Origin: Anolis carolinensis
Lineage: Eukaryota
Assembly (NCBI RefSeq): GCF_035594765.1
Contig: NC_085843.1
Span: forward strand, 260,935,971 to 260,999,970
Direction of reading: 5' to 3'
Length of the DNA stretch: 64,000 bases
Below the pieces are notes generated by a model. It saw nothing but the letters and a program-made list of their open reading frames with translations, ran no database searches and was not told where the DNA came from. Shown in pieces: positions 37,958 to 51,948 of this stretch. Position 1 is the stretch's first letter. Each line of letters begins with the position of its first letter. Both the position numbers and the translations under genes were made by a program.

Positions 37958-39444
37958 CTCTACTGTATCTACTTTGGAGGCAATGTGGAATTGTATACAA
38001 AGTATCACACAAAAGATCAGAATATTCAGAACAACAGTGGTAAGTCATTTGCAACTCTACAATGTGGGGAGTTTCTGTGACACAACCGTGCATTTTATGT
38101 CACTCTGAACTATTCATTTGCCCACACACAGATTTCTAGCATTATAACAAATATAATGGATAAAACAGCCTGTGTTTGCATTTACTTTCCTTCTATATAA
38201 AAGTGTATTGTTTGTGTGTGTGCCTTAGCTCTGAGATTGGGAACATTAGACTAGACAGCTTAAGTCTTTTCACTGCTAGAAGAGCACTGTTCCTACATAT
38301 GTATAATTGTATGACAAGTTCCATGTCCTAGTCTCTAGAGCAGTAAAAAACAAGCTTGTCCCCTGCTCAATTTGACATCCTTTCATATTATTTTAACATA
38401 ACAATAATCTCCCCTCTTGACAATCTTTTTTTCAAATGAACATCTTGAATATCTTGCACTGGGGTATTTGTTTCAACACACTTGGGACTTTCCTATACCT
38501 ACAATGTTATCTCCTGTGTTTTTAAGTTCTAATTTTTTAAACTACCTGAACAGGTGTGTTGATCTTTGTGCATAATTTACTTACTAGCAAGCTCTCAACT
38601 CATAAAAATGTGGGCTGATTCTCTTTGAAGTTTGCATAATTACGTAATTTGAGAAAAAAATTGAGAAAATAGTTTGTCATAATAACTTTTGGCAACCATC
38701 CATCTTCATGGTGATGAGCTCTCTGGGTTCTTTTTAGTAAAAGTGTGGATTAAAATACCCTCTCTTTCTCTCTTTCAAGCAAGAAAACAAACAACCTGTC
38801 TTTCATTCTCTTCTCTTCACAAAGTCAAATTTGGAGGCCACATAGTTACTGAGGCACCTAGAAGAACAGGCAAAGTAGAATTGCTTATGGGTCTTTAAAT
38901 ATATTTGTGTCACAACTGTTCTTTTTATTATTTGTTATATGCTTTCTTGAGTCCCATAGTGGGAGAAAGGTGGGATAAGCACCTTGGCCTTTCGATACAT
39001 AGTTTGAGACACATGTATAGCTCAGTGACGAGGTTTATATGTTTTCTTTTAAAAACAACACCATCAGAATCACACAGATAACTTTACACATGTGGTTCTG
39101 TAGAGCTACCACCTGTTTATTACAAACCTGTTCATGATAGATACCATGGATCAAGCTCAAGGATTTTCATGCTGGGAAAGTATTAGCAATAGTATGTGGC
39201 ATATGAAGGCAGCATTAGTGGCTAAAGGCAGAGCAATCAGAGTTAAACTTGCATATCCACAAACAGTATTGTGTGTCGATGAACATGCACAAAGACAGCT
39301 ACCATTATTATTTGGTACATGGTTCACAAGGGTAATTCACTGTCCTCAGTGTAATGAATATCACTGATTGGTATCTTGTACAAAGTCTTGCTAGATAAAT
39401 TGTCTACCATTACCTACTGTTCTTTGTGTTGCTTTCCCATTTAG

Positions 39445-39530
39445 AAATTGTCAGAGCGATGACACATGTGATAAATCAGGGAATGGCTATGTACTGGGGA
39501 ACCTCTCGCTGGAGTGCCATGGAGATCATG
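39445..39530 (+). CDS. KCNAB1: KCNAB1 coding exon (86 nt; [28 protein letters not shown])
   Basis: atttag acceptor, gtaacg donor; YWGTSRW motif. Confidence 0.97.
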
Positions 39531-41301
39531 GTAACGTATCTTCCCACACATCACACACAAAAAGGACCAATAGTTGCTAGGCTGCAGTGTTTAATGATGT
39601 AATTACATAGCTGCCAGACACAAAACCAAGGATGCTCCCAAACCACTAATCAAAAGTCATGATGGCATGACATAGAGCCATTCATCAAAAGTCTTTGGGG
39701 AGTCATTCCAGCTTTCTCTTCTCTGCAAAGTTTTTGTGTAAAGACAAAAAAATGGGAAACAAGTAGTGAGAAAGAATTAGAAATTGAAAGTGGATTAGGA
39801 TGTTTCCTGGATCTTCTATAAAATGTTGTGACTAAAACAAGGTCATTGATTACTGATAAGAGCAACAATGTTGATAAGAACAACAAAACTGATAATAACA
39901 ACAAGAAGCCCCAAGATAGCACTACCTGGAGGAATCCTCCACCTTGTGTGACTATGGAGCAGAACAAACAACTCCGCATATGTATGCTTGCCCACAATGT
40001 CCTGCCTTGTGTACGGAGGAGGAGTTGTTTAAAGCTACGGACAATGCGGTCTCTGTTGCCCGCTTTTGGTCTAAAACTATTTAGTTGCTTGTGATTCCTT
40101 TATTTTATCACTCAAGTTGTCCCAAATGTTAAACCTTTTGCTATATTACCAAGGCCAGATAGATAACAAGAATGGCATTGTTTGTCCCACTGAAAGTAAT
40201 AGGAATGATCTATTATCTGCAGTTTCACATATCCACGCAAATTCTGGGAACATATCCCCCACAGATATATGAGTTATATTTGACTGGGGGGAAAACACCA
40301 TTTTAAAATAGCTAATACACATTTTAAAAATCCACATACAATAACAAAAAAGCAAGCAATAGACTGAATCTCAATTGAAACAATTCAAAATTGAAAGCCA
40401 CCAAGTTGCTTGTTTGCACTACTGGACAATATTATGGCCAAATGTTTCTTCTCTTGAGAAGACATCCTACCACAAGAAAATTCCCTTTCTCAAGCTTTCT
40501 GGATGTGGGAGCACTCTGAGAAAGGTCTCTGGTTGAGATCTTAATTCATGGGAATGTTCTGAGGAACATTCAAATCCTTAAAATGCCAGGAGTTTACAAA
40601 ACTGCTTATGTAATCCAGTGCACCAGAGCACAAATGAATAAAATAGATTGTCCTCACCCTTTTTATCAATGCCCAGTTTATGATTAAGTACTAGGCCAAG
40701 TGGGTAGATATTTTTTAACAAAGAAGAAAGAAAATGTCACCAAATCACAGACGCGTGCAAGCTCTTGCTTTATAAGAAATTGTGGAAGTCTTTCTCTGTC
40801 TGCCAGATTCTTACCCATAAAATGAAGGCTGTCACCCAATTAAGGAAGTCACTTCATCTGTAGAGTTTTAGACAATTAACTTAGTTAATTGATTAAATGC
40901 CATACATTTGTACAGAAGAAAAATATTTCTAACAAAAATGCTTTCTAGCTTTCTTTGCTTTTACGTGATGGATGCAGGTGTTTCTAAATGATACTGTGTC
41001 ACTCAGGAGAAATTATTTCTTCCGTGATGCCATTTTTCATCTACGGTCTTTAAAAGACTTGTATTTAAATTTTTTTAAATGTTTTAAAAGGCTGCTGCCC
41101 AGTTAATCAGGGGAAAGCCTTTGGTTGATAAAATATTTCTCATTGGTGAATGACCAAGATTTAAGACTGCAGTCTTAATAAATGGATCTGAAATATGCGT
41201 GACTTGGGAAGGAGGAAGGGTTGATTTGATTAATGTGTTGTTATATTCCCTAGGAGAAATGTCTGCTAACATGCTATTCTTTTGCTGCTGATTCTCAACA
41301 G

Positions 41302-41422
41302 GAAGCCTATTCTGTGGCAAGACAGTTTAATATGATTCCCCCTGTGTGTGAACAAGCTGAATATCACCTTTTCCAAAGGGAGAAAGTGGAAGTGCAGTTG
41401 CCGGAATTATACCACAAAATAG
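41302..41422 (+). CDS. KCNAB1: KCNAB1 coding exon (121 nt; [40 protein letters not shown](G))
   Basis: caacag acceptor, gtaatg donor; Kv-beta1 sequence. Confidence 0.97.
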
Positions 41423-41879
41423 GTAATGTCTGAAGACTGCATGGCTCTGGGGAAATGCATCATTTTAATGCAAAGGGTGTAGACTCCAAAATGTTTCACA
41501 GCCCCTGCTGTTCAGTAATTATCAGTAGTGCAATTAGTTTCTTGCCAGGAGCAATTATCCTCATGTAAAGAGGTAACTGACAGCATGTATTCTTGGCTGC
41601 ACTCTTAATTTTATTCTACAATTAATTATTATTATACCACCATGACAAGACAGGGACACAGTGGTATATGGTAAGCAAATCAGAGCTGAAACGGACCTTG
41701 TCCAAGACATGTTACTTCCCATGAGGGGCTTTTTTTCTAGTTCCGGGTGTACGCACTAAGAAGTGTACTAGGTAAATGCTGGAGATGTGATAGTATCCAC
41801 CATTCCACTTGAAGGCAGAAGGATCGTTTTGGGGGTACAGAACAGGTTGCACGGCATGTAAGAAATTATTATTAATACT

Positions 41880-41880
<1 letters not shown>

Positions 41881-41930
<50 letters not shown>
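41881..41930. repeat. (TAT)n microsatellite
   Basis: seen directly. Confidence 0.95.
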
Positions 41931-41931
<1 letters not shown>

Positions 41932-42555
41932 TGTATTTATGCCCCACGTTATCTCCCCTGATGGAGACACAAAGCGGCTTAACATAAAAGCATCAGGAAA
42001 ATCTTACCTACTATTCCATGTCCCCAATAACTACATTTGTGAAGGTGGTGGAACTGAAAGACATGTTGGAAGCTTAGTGACAGCTTTATTCCCATTAGTA
42101 ATAATTACTGTGAGAGCCAGTGAGATGTAGTGGTTTGAGGTTTTGGACTGGATAATGGGAGATAAGGGTCTGAATCCCCACTTGGCCATGGAAACCACTC
42201 AGTACCCCTTCTCTCAGCTTCATAGACAAACAAACCTCCTCTGAACAATTTCTGCCCAGGAACCCACATGATGGGTTTACTTTGGATTCATCATAATGAC
42301 TCAAAGGCACATGAGTACAATGCATTTTGTTTAGCATTGTTTTTGTCTGGATATAGCAGCATACTTTTGCCGTTGCCTTGCTCTCAGCTGAGAGAGGGTA
42401 GCATGCCCAAGGTCTCACCATTGACTCTTCGGCTTATGGATTCTGGAATTGCAATGCAGCAGGATTTGGGTGCCACACATTTTCCAGTCTGGTAGATTTG
42501 CAATGTTGGCTTCACACTGTCTTTGTGTCATTTCGTCTTATTGATTGTTCTTTAG

Positions 42556-42650
42556 GCGTTGGAGCAATGACATGGTCTCCGCTGGCCTGTGGGATTATCT
42601 CAGGGAAATACGCCAATGGAATTCCTGAAAGTTCAAGGGCATCTCTAAAG
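42556..42650 (+). CDS. KCNAB1: KCNAB1 coding exon (95 nt; VGAMTWSPLACGIISGKYANGIPESSRASLK)
   Basis: ctttag acceptor, gtactt donor; WSPLACG NADPH-binding motif; visible in ORF 42498..42815. Confidence 0.97.
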
Positions 42651-43186
42651 GTACTTACTTCTCCCATGCTTAAGAGGAAAGGGTTTTCTGAGTTCACTGT
42701 AGTATCAGAATGTGTGGGGATAACAGCTCAGAGTTGGAAGAGAAGAATAAAACTGGCTTCTTATGAAAAGAAGAGCCTTTTAGCCTTCATTTCTCAGAGA
42801 GACATTGTGGCATAATGGTTTGAATGTTGGAGTATGACTCTGGAGACCAAGGTTTGAAAACCCACTGGGTGACTCAGGGCAAGTCGTAAACTTTCAGCCC
42901 CAGAAAACCCTTAGAGTTGTCATAATTCAGAAATGTCTTGAAGTCACACAAGAACAAATGGGTGAAGATTTGTATTGCAAGGACATAATTCCTGTGTGTA
43001 AATAGAGGGTAGATGCACACTATAGAATTAATGAAGTTTGACACCACTTTAATTGCCATGACTCAATTCTATGGAATCATGGGAGTCTTTAGAACATTTG
43101 TGCCTCACCAAAATACAACTCCTGCGATTCCATAGTATTGAGCCATGGCAGTTAGAGTAAAATTGCATTATTTCTACAGTGTAGAT

Positions 43187-43311
43187 CAGTGATTCTCAAC
43201 CTGGGGTCGCCAGATGTTTTTGGCCTTCAACTCCCAGAAATCCCAACAGCTGGTAAAGTGGCTGGAGTTGTAGGCCAAAAACATCTGGGGACCCCAGGTT
43301 GAGAATCAGTG
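43187..43311. mobile_element. Palindromic hAT MITE nested in the terminus of a Harbinger-like MITE
   Basis: TIRs CAGTGATTCTCAACCTGGGGTC / GACCCCAGGTTGAGAATCAGTG; TSD GTGTAGAT (43179-43186, 43312-43319). Confidence 0.88.
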
Positions 43312-45457
43312 GTGTAGATGAAGCCTAAGTCCTTACACAATTCAGCCACAATGGCAACATGATACCCTAGCTTGTGAAGAGGCTGTTTTGTTTCTGACAA
43401 GCAAGCAAAATGATCCCAGATTAGCAAGGAAGGGAGGGAGGGAAGGAAGGAAAGAGAAAATGTCTTAGGCAGAGCAGAAAAAAAAATGTTGGACTAAAGA
43501 TCCCACAATGCTTAATGCTAATTAGGATATCTGAAAGTTGTAGTCCAAAAAGTAACTCCCAAACTCAGCTCTGGACTTTTGGGCCATATAATAAAATTTG
43601 GGGCTAGAATTGTTCTTTCCTACATACAGGAAAAGAGAACTGCATATAGGAAAACAGGGAAAGAGAGAGAATAGATCTTGTAAGAGTTTTCTCCTTAAGT
43701 ATCCCTGATAGATGCTTTCTGGAACCCCTTGAAGGTGCAAATAGCATTGTTTGGAAAACAATTCTGGGTGAATAAATGTTCTTTCGATGTTGTGGGAAAG
43801 AGCACTTCAGGATAATATACTTCAAATTTATTACAGGCTTGTGGGTGAAAAGCCCCTGAATAAAATTCTTTCTGTTAGTAGCAAGCAGCCAAATTTATTT
43901 GCAGCCAAAAAGTCATTTGTCATTTGAATGGAAGGTGTTTTACTAACAAAATACTAAAACTACTTCGAGGGTGAGGCTGAACTTTGACGTGCTTTAGGGT
44001 GAAAAAACAGGGCTCAATACATTCTAAAGCAGCCAGAAATCCTCACTGAGGAATTGGGTAATTCAGGGAACACAGCTTGCTGCAAAGAATACAGAAACAA
44101 ATAAGGTTTGGTATAACAAACTGAAATGGAAAGAAAAAAATGCCTGTTGCCAGAGTTTAGGGTTACCTTCTAAAATATAGATAATGTTGAAACAGAAGAA
44201 ACCTTTCCAGTTTTCTTTAAAACAGTGCTTCTCAAGTTATCTGATGTAGAAAACCAACAATTTCCCCCAAATATTCAAATGATATGTACAGCACCCATAG
44301 GTTACAGTTGTTCATTTCTATAGAAATTCTAAAATGTATTTCTTTCAGTGAATCCTCCCTCAGGAATCCTCTACGATATAATCCTGTGTGTACTTAAAAG
44401 AGCTTACTATTGCATAGACTATCAATTAAACAAGTACAGATCTTTTTGCTTTTCAGCTACAAATAAAATTCAGTGAATTGTAAATGACTTGAAGGCACAC
44501 AATAACAAGCTGTGATAGTTGGATGCAACAAAACAACAAAACTTGGCAGACCCTTGCTAACAAATCTATTATGACATAAGCTTTTGAGAATAGTAACCCA
44601 CTTTATTAGATATGTTATGCAGCATTTATAGTGTGTGTTTATTCTATATATATATACATGATACAAAAAAATCCACATATTTTCTTATCCTCATTGAGAA
44701 AGGGTATCTTTATGCAGTCTTACCATCCATTTTTCACCCTTGCACAACAGCCCAAAAATGGCATTTTGTGCAAAAATCCAGGTTTTTTTTCAAAATCCAC
44801 ATGTCATAAAAAGTATATTGCCTTAAAAAACCTCTGCAAATTTTTCATTTAAAAAGTCCTAAAATCTGAATCATGGGGATGGGGGACACGGGGGCAGGGG
44901 AGAAAAACTCACAGACTCCGCCAATGACATTTCATTCTTATACGTAATAAGCATAGATTTGCATCCTTAATATATAATACATAATACAAACAGTTGCATA
45001 GGGGTAGGGTAGGTATGTTGCAATTGTAAATAAAACAATGAGTAGAGAGTAAAATTAAATGCAGAAAATAATTATTGTGACAATTGCAAATTTTCCTTTT
45101 ATCAGGAAGGAAAGGCCTAAATTAATGGAGTAGTGTTCAGTAATTACAGTGTCATAAGCCTGTTGTTGTTGTGGTGGTGGTAGTGGTGTACCTTCCGAGG
45201 TTTTTTCCAACTTACGGGTATCATATGGTTTTCTTACCAAGATTTGTTCAGTACTGGTTTGCCTCCTTCTGAGGATCTGAGAGTATGACTTGCCCAAGGC
45301 CACTTAGTAGGTTTAATAGCTAAGCATGGATTCAAAGTCTTGTTTCCAGAGGTGTAGTTTAGCACTGTAATCAATGTGACATGTTGACTTACAACATTGC
45401 AATTATCCCAGTTTATACTTACAGTCATTGCATAATTCCAATAATCAAAAGTGCCTT

Positions 45458-46148
45458 TGTGCCGTCGCGCCTGGGGCTGTAAACTCTTAGTGAAAGAGGC
45501 ATGGACGTGACATCTTTCCCCAGGGGATTGCTTCTTGCCCTCCTTTAGGGAAACTGGAACTCCCAAGGACCAAAACACTGTAGTTAACTCAAAAACTGGG
45601 TTTATTCTTCACAAAGGGGGTAAAAGAAAATATACATTACAGTCTTTGGTTGTTTAAGTCCATGAAGCTTGTCCAGATCCCTCTTTCTTTGGCTGTGAAT
45701 GCCGGAGCAAACTCAGCCTCAGTCCAATGACCTATATCTGAAGACAAGAGTCTTCCTCTGTTGCCAAAGGACTGATGTGAAGGCGCTTGAGACTCCTCAA
45801 CGTTGTTCAGGTTGGCCCTGAACATGAAGTGTGAGTCCCAAGGGTAAGAACCTCAGAATTGGTGCTGAGAGGTAACTTTTGAAGGGCTTTCAGAGCCAAG
45901 CCTCTCTTTCACGTCCATCCGATAGAGTGGAATGAAAAGGAGGAAACACAGTCCTACTCCAGGAAGAGGTGGAGCCAAACAGTTTTGCTGAGTGAGCAAT
46001 ATAACAGGTACAAACAACATTGATTGACAGATATAAATAACCAATCCAACTACATTTACAGGGTAAAGGCAAAATCAGGCATGATACAACAATTCAAATC
46101 TTGAAACTTATAGTTTGACATATAGATGGCGCCACTCGCGCCGTCACA
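45458..46148 (-). mobile_element. Solo LTR, 691 bp, 5-bp TSD
   Basis: imperfect inverted termini TGTGCCGTCGCG...CGCGCCGTCACA; TSD GCCTT (45453-45457, 46149-46153); AATAAA on - at 45601-45606. Confidence 0.85.
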
Positions 46149-46874
46149 GCCTTCTTAAAAACTTTTCAGCCTCCACTCCCAGCACAGCTTTCTCTAATGC
46201 CAGAGAGCAGTGAATGATGTATCAATTTCTCTCCTGGTTGTGGAGTGTGCTGTGACAGACCCAAGAGACTGATAAGATCGGTAGGGTCTCCTCAGCTTTT
46301 TTTCAGTATAACCCATGACCAGGAGAGAACTGGACATATAATTATTCACCACCCAGCTTTCCAGAACTTTGAAGAGCCGTGATGGGGATGGGTGTGTTAA
46401 GATTTTGGTAGGATTTTGAAAATTAACAAGAGACATCATAGATACATCTCTGACCTCTATCTCTCAATGCAGGTTATCAGCAGCTATTTTCTTTTCTTTC
46501 TTTTTTCTTTTTTTTTTTTTTTTAAAAAAAACCTCAATCTATTCTTGTTCATTCTATTGATTCCATTCAAGATTTTAGGCGAACAGAAAATACATGGTGG
46601 GTTTTAAGAATGGATGAAGCAGGATTGGAAAGAAGTTTAGGAACTTTTCAAATTCTGCATGTACTTCAGAGCTGCAAAAACATGTGGTAGTTAATAGCTG
46701 CCTTGCTCCTAAGTCTAGCATTGATGCATTTGCACAAAGAGTGGGTTCCTCGTCAGAAGCATTTCTGGATCAGCACATTTCTATAGCAAGTTCGTGCCTA
46801 CAGCTACTGTGAAAAGTAAAATAAATAAAAGATCTACTCGAGAGGAGCCGAAATACTTTTAAGGCAAGAGCCCC

Positions 46875-47076
46875 CTGACCGATCTTGGAATCTAAGCAGG
46901 ACCAGCCCTAGTTAGTACTTGGATGGGAAATTGTCAATGAAAACCAGATGCTGTGGGCTATATTTCAGAGAGAGGAGCTGATAACCATCTCTGAATACTC
47001 CTTGCCTAAGAAAACAATGTAAAATGCATGAGGTCACCATAAGTTAACAGGGGATTTGAGGAAAAATACACACACA
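46875..47076 (+). mobile_element. 5S rRNA-derived SINE (SINE3-type); partial relatives near 49070-49205 (+) and 18497-18660 (-)
   Basis: head gatcttggaatctaagcagg..ccctagttagtacttggatggga resembles the 5S internal promoter; non-5S tail ends in (CA)n. Confidence 0.75.
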
Positions 47077-47791
47077 TCCCTGCTGCTCTATGATTTGCTG
47101 CATTGCCAGTCTCCTCAAACATCTTGTGGTAAGCATGACTGCTTTTGATGATATTGGCAGTGAAATAGCCTCAGCTCAGATAGTACACAGCTGATGTCCA
47201 TAGACAGCATCATTAACAGAATTATGGTTTAATAAGCCTATAAAAGGGCAGTGGTCCTCCTTGAAGGCAAGAACTAAAGTCAGAGCTTAGAAAAACGTAA
47301 GGTTTGGGAAGATGTGTGGGGTAAAATGAGGGCATTGTCTTGCAAATAAAAAATCTGCTCCCTCCAGTGAAATTTTCTGTCCATCCCTAAACTTCTAGCA
47401 TTGCAGCTTAAAATGTCAGCTGAGCATTTAGAAATGGAATTTAGCATCCAAAACAAGAGAGGTGTGAAAGATGGCAAAGGAATGTCAACACAACAAATGT
47501 ATAATTGTTGGAAGTGTGAAGGATTTTCAGTGTCTCATTGTTTACAGTGCAAGAAAATTAGAGACTTGGGGGAGAAATTCATTGGGGTGGACAGAATTTA
47601 ATTACACCTTTGGGTTTGTGGCGACAGTTTCTAGAATCACCCAGATTTCAGGAGCTGTATTTCAGAAACTAATTTCTTCAAGTTTGGACTTACAATCATA
47701 ATGGCTACGGTTGAATTATTTGAATAATATGTTCACGATTGGATTAGTGGGTTTGGTTTTGTAATATCCCAATTGTGTTTCATGCTCCCAG

Positions 47792-47912
47792 TGCTACCAG
47801 TGGTTGAAGGAGAAGATTGTGAGTGAGGACGGGAGAAAGCAGCAAACAAAGCTGAAAGATCTCTTTCCAATTGCTGAACGCCTTGGATGCACACTACCTC
47901 AGCTAGCCGTTG
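47792..47912 (+). CDS. KCNAB1: KCNAB1 coding exon (121 nt; [40 protein letters not shown](A))
   Basis: ctcccag acceptor, gtgaga donor; Kv-beta1 sequence. Confidence 0.97.
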
Positions 47913-50900
47913 GTGAGAAATTTTGGAATCCTCTCTGTCTCTATGCCTTATTGTTCAGGTCTTGAGTGCTCTTGATGTTTGACTGGGGCAGTTTTCCCAA
48001 CTGTTTCTCCTGTGGGAACTTTTTCATCTGAATGTGTATAAAAGGTTTCATATTTTTAAATAAATATGTTATCTTGATTTCTCACAGGAAGGAAAGGGTA
48101 AGAGTCTTGTCCTTCAAATGACTATTCTGCCCACCAATAAAATTTCCCAGTTCTTACATTTCTAGCATTGAAGTAACGTAAAGCTTCATGTTGGGCATTT
48201 AGAAAAATAGCCCAGTCATCCAAAGTAGGCAAAGACACCAAGGGAATGCATAACAGTTATAAGAATTTAAGTATGAATGACTTACACTGTCTCACTCTAC
48301 AAGGCTAGAATTTTGGAGACTGAAGAAATTTTCATTTGTAGGTACAGATTTCTTATTTTGGAGAATCAATGTCCTTATTTTGTTTAATACCCCCAAATAG
48401 TTATACTCCTGTTATCAGTCAATTCCTTCTGTACTATTATGTTAAGTTTGTAGTATTGTGTGACCATTGCAGTATGAATACAAACAAAATCTTTGACTCA
48501 CCTCCTGAAGCACCAAGTAATTTTCTTACTTTCCTGAGTGAAACATAACTCAAACTTCCACAGAAGTCCCCGAATGAAACATAACTTAAAAGGACATTCT
48601 CCTGGGGGAATATTGTGGGTTGCAATGGGTACATCCAAAGTGACAGTTCCTTCTAGAGCAGCTTTCCACTTTAGGCAGCTGTGATGTGAAATTAGATAAT
48701 TTCTACCAAGTTGAAAAACAAGTAATAATCAACGTAATAAAACAAGAAATGCAGGTAACCGGGGAAGCTTCAGAATGTCTAAGTATAAAACAAAGAGGGG
48801 GAAATACACTATGCTCAGACATGTCGCAATGTCAAGATAAGGTCAAAATGAAATTCAGAATAATCTTGATTTATTGTAAAATATCATTCTTTGATCTACA
48901 AGACTTGTTTGGAGACTGCAGCAGGACCACTAATGATTTACACATTGTTTTGGGGACAATGGTACTTTCCAACTGAAAGTGCCATAAGCAGAGTTGCAGA
49001 TGTGTGAAACCACTCTGTATATAGCAGCATATTAAAGGACACAATGGACATACTGCCTTTATGTGCCACCAACCAGCTGCTGTAGGCTATATTTCAGAGG
49101 AAGGGACTGGCAAAACCACTTCTGAGGATTTCTTGCCAAAGAAACCCCTATGATCTTTAAGGGGGTTGTCATAAAGGAACAAGTGACTTGAAGGCACACA
49201 CATACAGGACACTTTACCTTTGCACATCATTCATTGCAATTGGGTAATGGATTACCAACCGTGTGCATTAACTGGCAATTTCTCTCTCTCTCTGCCAATA
49301 CTTTTTACTGCTTATCATGCCTTTCTCTTAAAAACATGGAAATCTAGGAATTTAGAGATAAAATCAAGTAAGCCAAATCACACTGAGTCATAAAACAGAT
49401 TTATTAGAACATGAGACAAATTAAAAACCAATGAAATGGGATAAATAAAAGCAATAAATATTGTATTCACGCACTGTAGCTGAGAGGCTATTTCCACACT
49501 GATGTAATACAAAGTCATCCAACGACCATGTAGCATTTTTGCCCTTTAGGTGAAAATCGCCTCCATTTTTATTGGCAACGGCTACAAAGCTGGATTGACA
49601 ATTGCTATGAAATAATCATGAGCAGGACAGCTATTTTACTTGAATTCCTCTTCTGGGGGCATGCCTCCCTCCCAACAGCTGTGTGGCCATGATTGACTCC
49701 GGCGGCTGAAATACCGCTAACGCAGCACGAAAACTCAAGAGAGGCCATTTGTCATTTTTAACTGTGCTGTCTTTTCCTGCCTTGCAAAAGACACCATCTA
49801 AATGTTTCATATAAATGATGGGGTGGGAGATGATAAATCATCTTATGAAGTTCAGGTAGACTTAGAAGAATAATTCCTGTCCCTGACAGATAATCCCCCC
49901 CCCCAATATCCTAATGCAGTTATTGTAGGAATAATTTTACAATAAAATATCTGATGATGTTGTTTTGCAAACCAGCAAAGAAATAAACATCTCAAAATCT
50001 ACAATTTGGCTGAAAATAAAGGATAGTTCATAAATAAAGCACGGAACAGAATGCTAATAAAGGAAGAGTAGAATAGACAGAATAGGTTTCAAATCACCTA
50101 TCCCCTTCAACTGCATAGTAATAACATTGATGCCTGGAACCCTTAAACTATGGTAGTTACATAGCCACATAGTGAACCCCATTCCATCAATTTCCACTTA
50201 CCAGTCAGCAGATGCTGTGATTAAGAAATCTGTTTTCCTATCACTTTGGAAGTGGCTAACAATCTCACTGCCTTGTACAAGCAATTTCCATTGTGATAGC
50301 CAGAAATGGGATACTTGTCACAATCCCCTAACATTGTGGGGTGAAAACGTCATCCAGCTGCTTCCTGAGTGACAGGAGAATAGACCCCTGTCTATTGCTG
50401 TGGCTGCTTTCCCTTAAGTGAGGATTGGGACACTTTTGTGGCCCATAAAGCAGATTTAAAGCAGGTTACACATTCATAACTGTCTTGGAGGATTCCAGCC
50501 TATGCCAGAACATCTGTTTTCAGTTGCCATGAATTTAGTTCTGTTCTTTCCTTCCTTCCTTACCTATTTCTGCTATTGATGGGAAGACCTTGAGGATCTT
50601 TAATATCATACCTGCTAACTTGGGATGTCTTAGATTCCTATGTACTTTAATATATATTATTAGATGGCACCATTTGAGACTTCAGTAAAATGGCGTATTA
50701 TTCTTTGATTTCATTTCTATCCCTATTTTTATCCAGCATGGGATGCAAAGCAATATACAAAATAAAAGTTTAATTAAAATGTATTTTAAAAAAGTTAAGA
50801 AAAATTAAATTACAATGATATCCAAAGGGCACATGATTAAAATAGTTCAAAAAGGATCTTATGTATAACTGAAAGATACAAGATAAAAGCACAGTATATC

Positions 50901-51004
50901 ACTTCCAAGCAACCTGCTACCATGTGATCGCCTAAGTGAAGTGAAAAGTGATTAAAAGTCAGAGACTTGCCTAAATAAGTCTTATCCTGTGGGTCCTAGA
51001 ATTG

Positions 51005-51497
51005 TAGAATAACAGAGTTGGAAGAAACCACATGGGCCATCTAATCCAACTCCCTGCCATGTAGGAAAAGCAAAATCAAAGCACCCCTGACAGATGGCCA
51101 TTCAGCCTGTTTAAAAGCCTCCAAGGAAGGAGTTTCCACCACAGAGAGGCAGAGAATTCCACTGCTGAACAGCTCTTACAGCTCAGGAAATTCTTCTTAA
51201 TGTTCAAGTGGAATCTCTCTTCCTATAATTTGAACCTATAGCTCAGAGTCCTAGTCTCTAGAGCAGCAGAAAACAAACCTGCTTCCTCTTCCTTATGACA
51301 TCATTTCAACTACTTAAACATGATGATCACATCTCTCTCAACCTTCTCTTTTGGAGGATAAACATCCCCCAGCTCTTTAAGCACTCCTCATAGGGCATGG
51401 TCTGCAGTCCTTTGATCACTTTAGTTGCCCTCCTCTGGACATGTTCCAGCTTGTCAATGTCTCTCTTGAATTGTGGTGCCCAAATGAGGCCTGACCT
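51005..51497 (-). mobile_element. CR1 LINE 3' fragment
   Basis: on -, encodes [21 protein letters not shown] (CR1 ORF2 end) followed by an ATTCTA-type terminus. Confidence 0.85.
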
Positions 51498-51948
51498 CAT
51501 CAAATAGGCTTAGGATACTGGTGGGACTGAAAGTCCTTTCCCAAAGATCCCACAACTTGGGCTGGTTCATAGGGAGATAAGTCTTTCAGATTGTCTGAAC
51601 CCAAGTTCTGTTGAGCTTTAAAGTGATAATTAGCACTTTGAATTATGCACAGAAAAATGCTGGCAACCAGTGAAGTTGTTTCAATGGGGGAAATGTATTA
51701 TCCTTGTAACTAATCCTGGTCAGGAAGATGGCTACATTTTGGACTCCCCGTTTCCAAAGGCAGAGTCACTTAAGAGTGTACTACAGTAATCTAGACATGG
51801 TGCAATCAAGATACCTTAAGCAGATCCGACTTCATATCACTTGAGGTTTGGGTGAGGGTTGATAGATTTTTCTGACCACTGAATGAATTGGGACCCTGGA
51901 TTATACTGCTCACCATGGATGACAGCCATCTGCTTTCTGTATTCCTAG

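Noticed and set aside
39857-39907. Three degenerate 18-bp repeats within ORF 39828..40094
   Set aside because: Decayed (AAC/GAT) microsatellite-like tract with no exon context
46119-46134. CTCF site in the LTR (ATATAGATGGCGCC)
   Set aside because: Only the 3' half matches; three mismatches in the CCAS part
46875-46960. 5S rRNA gene
   Set aside because: Partial, diverged and fused to a SINE body and tail
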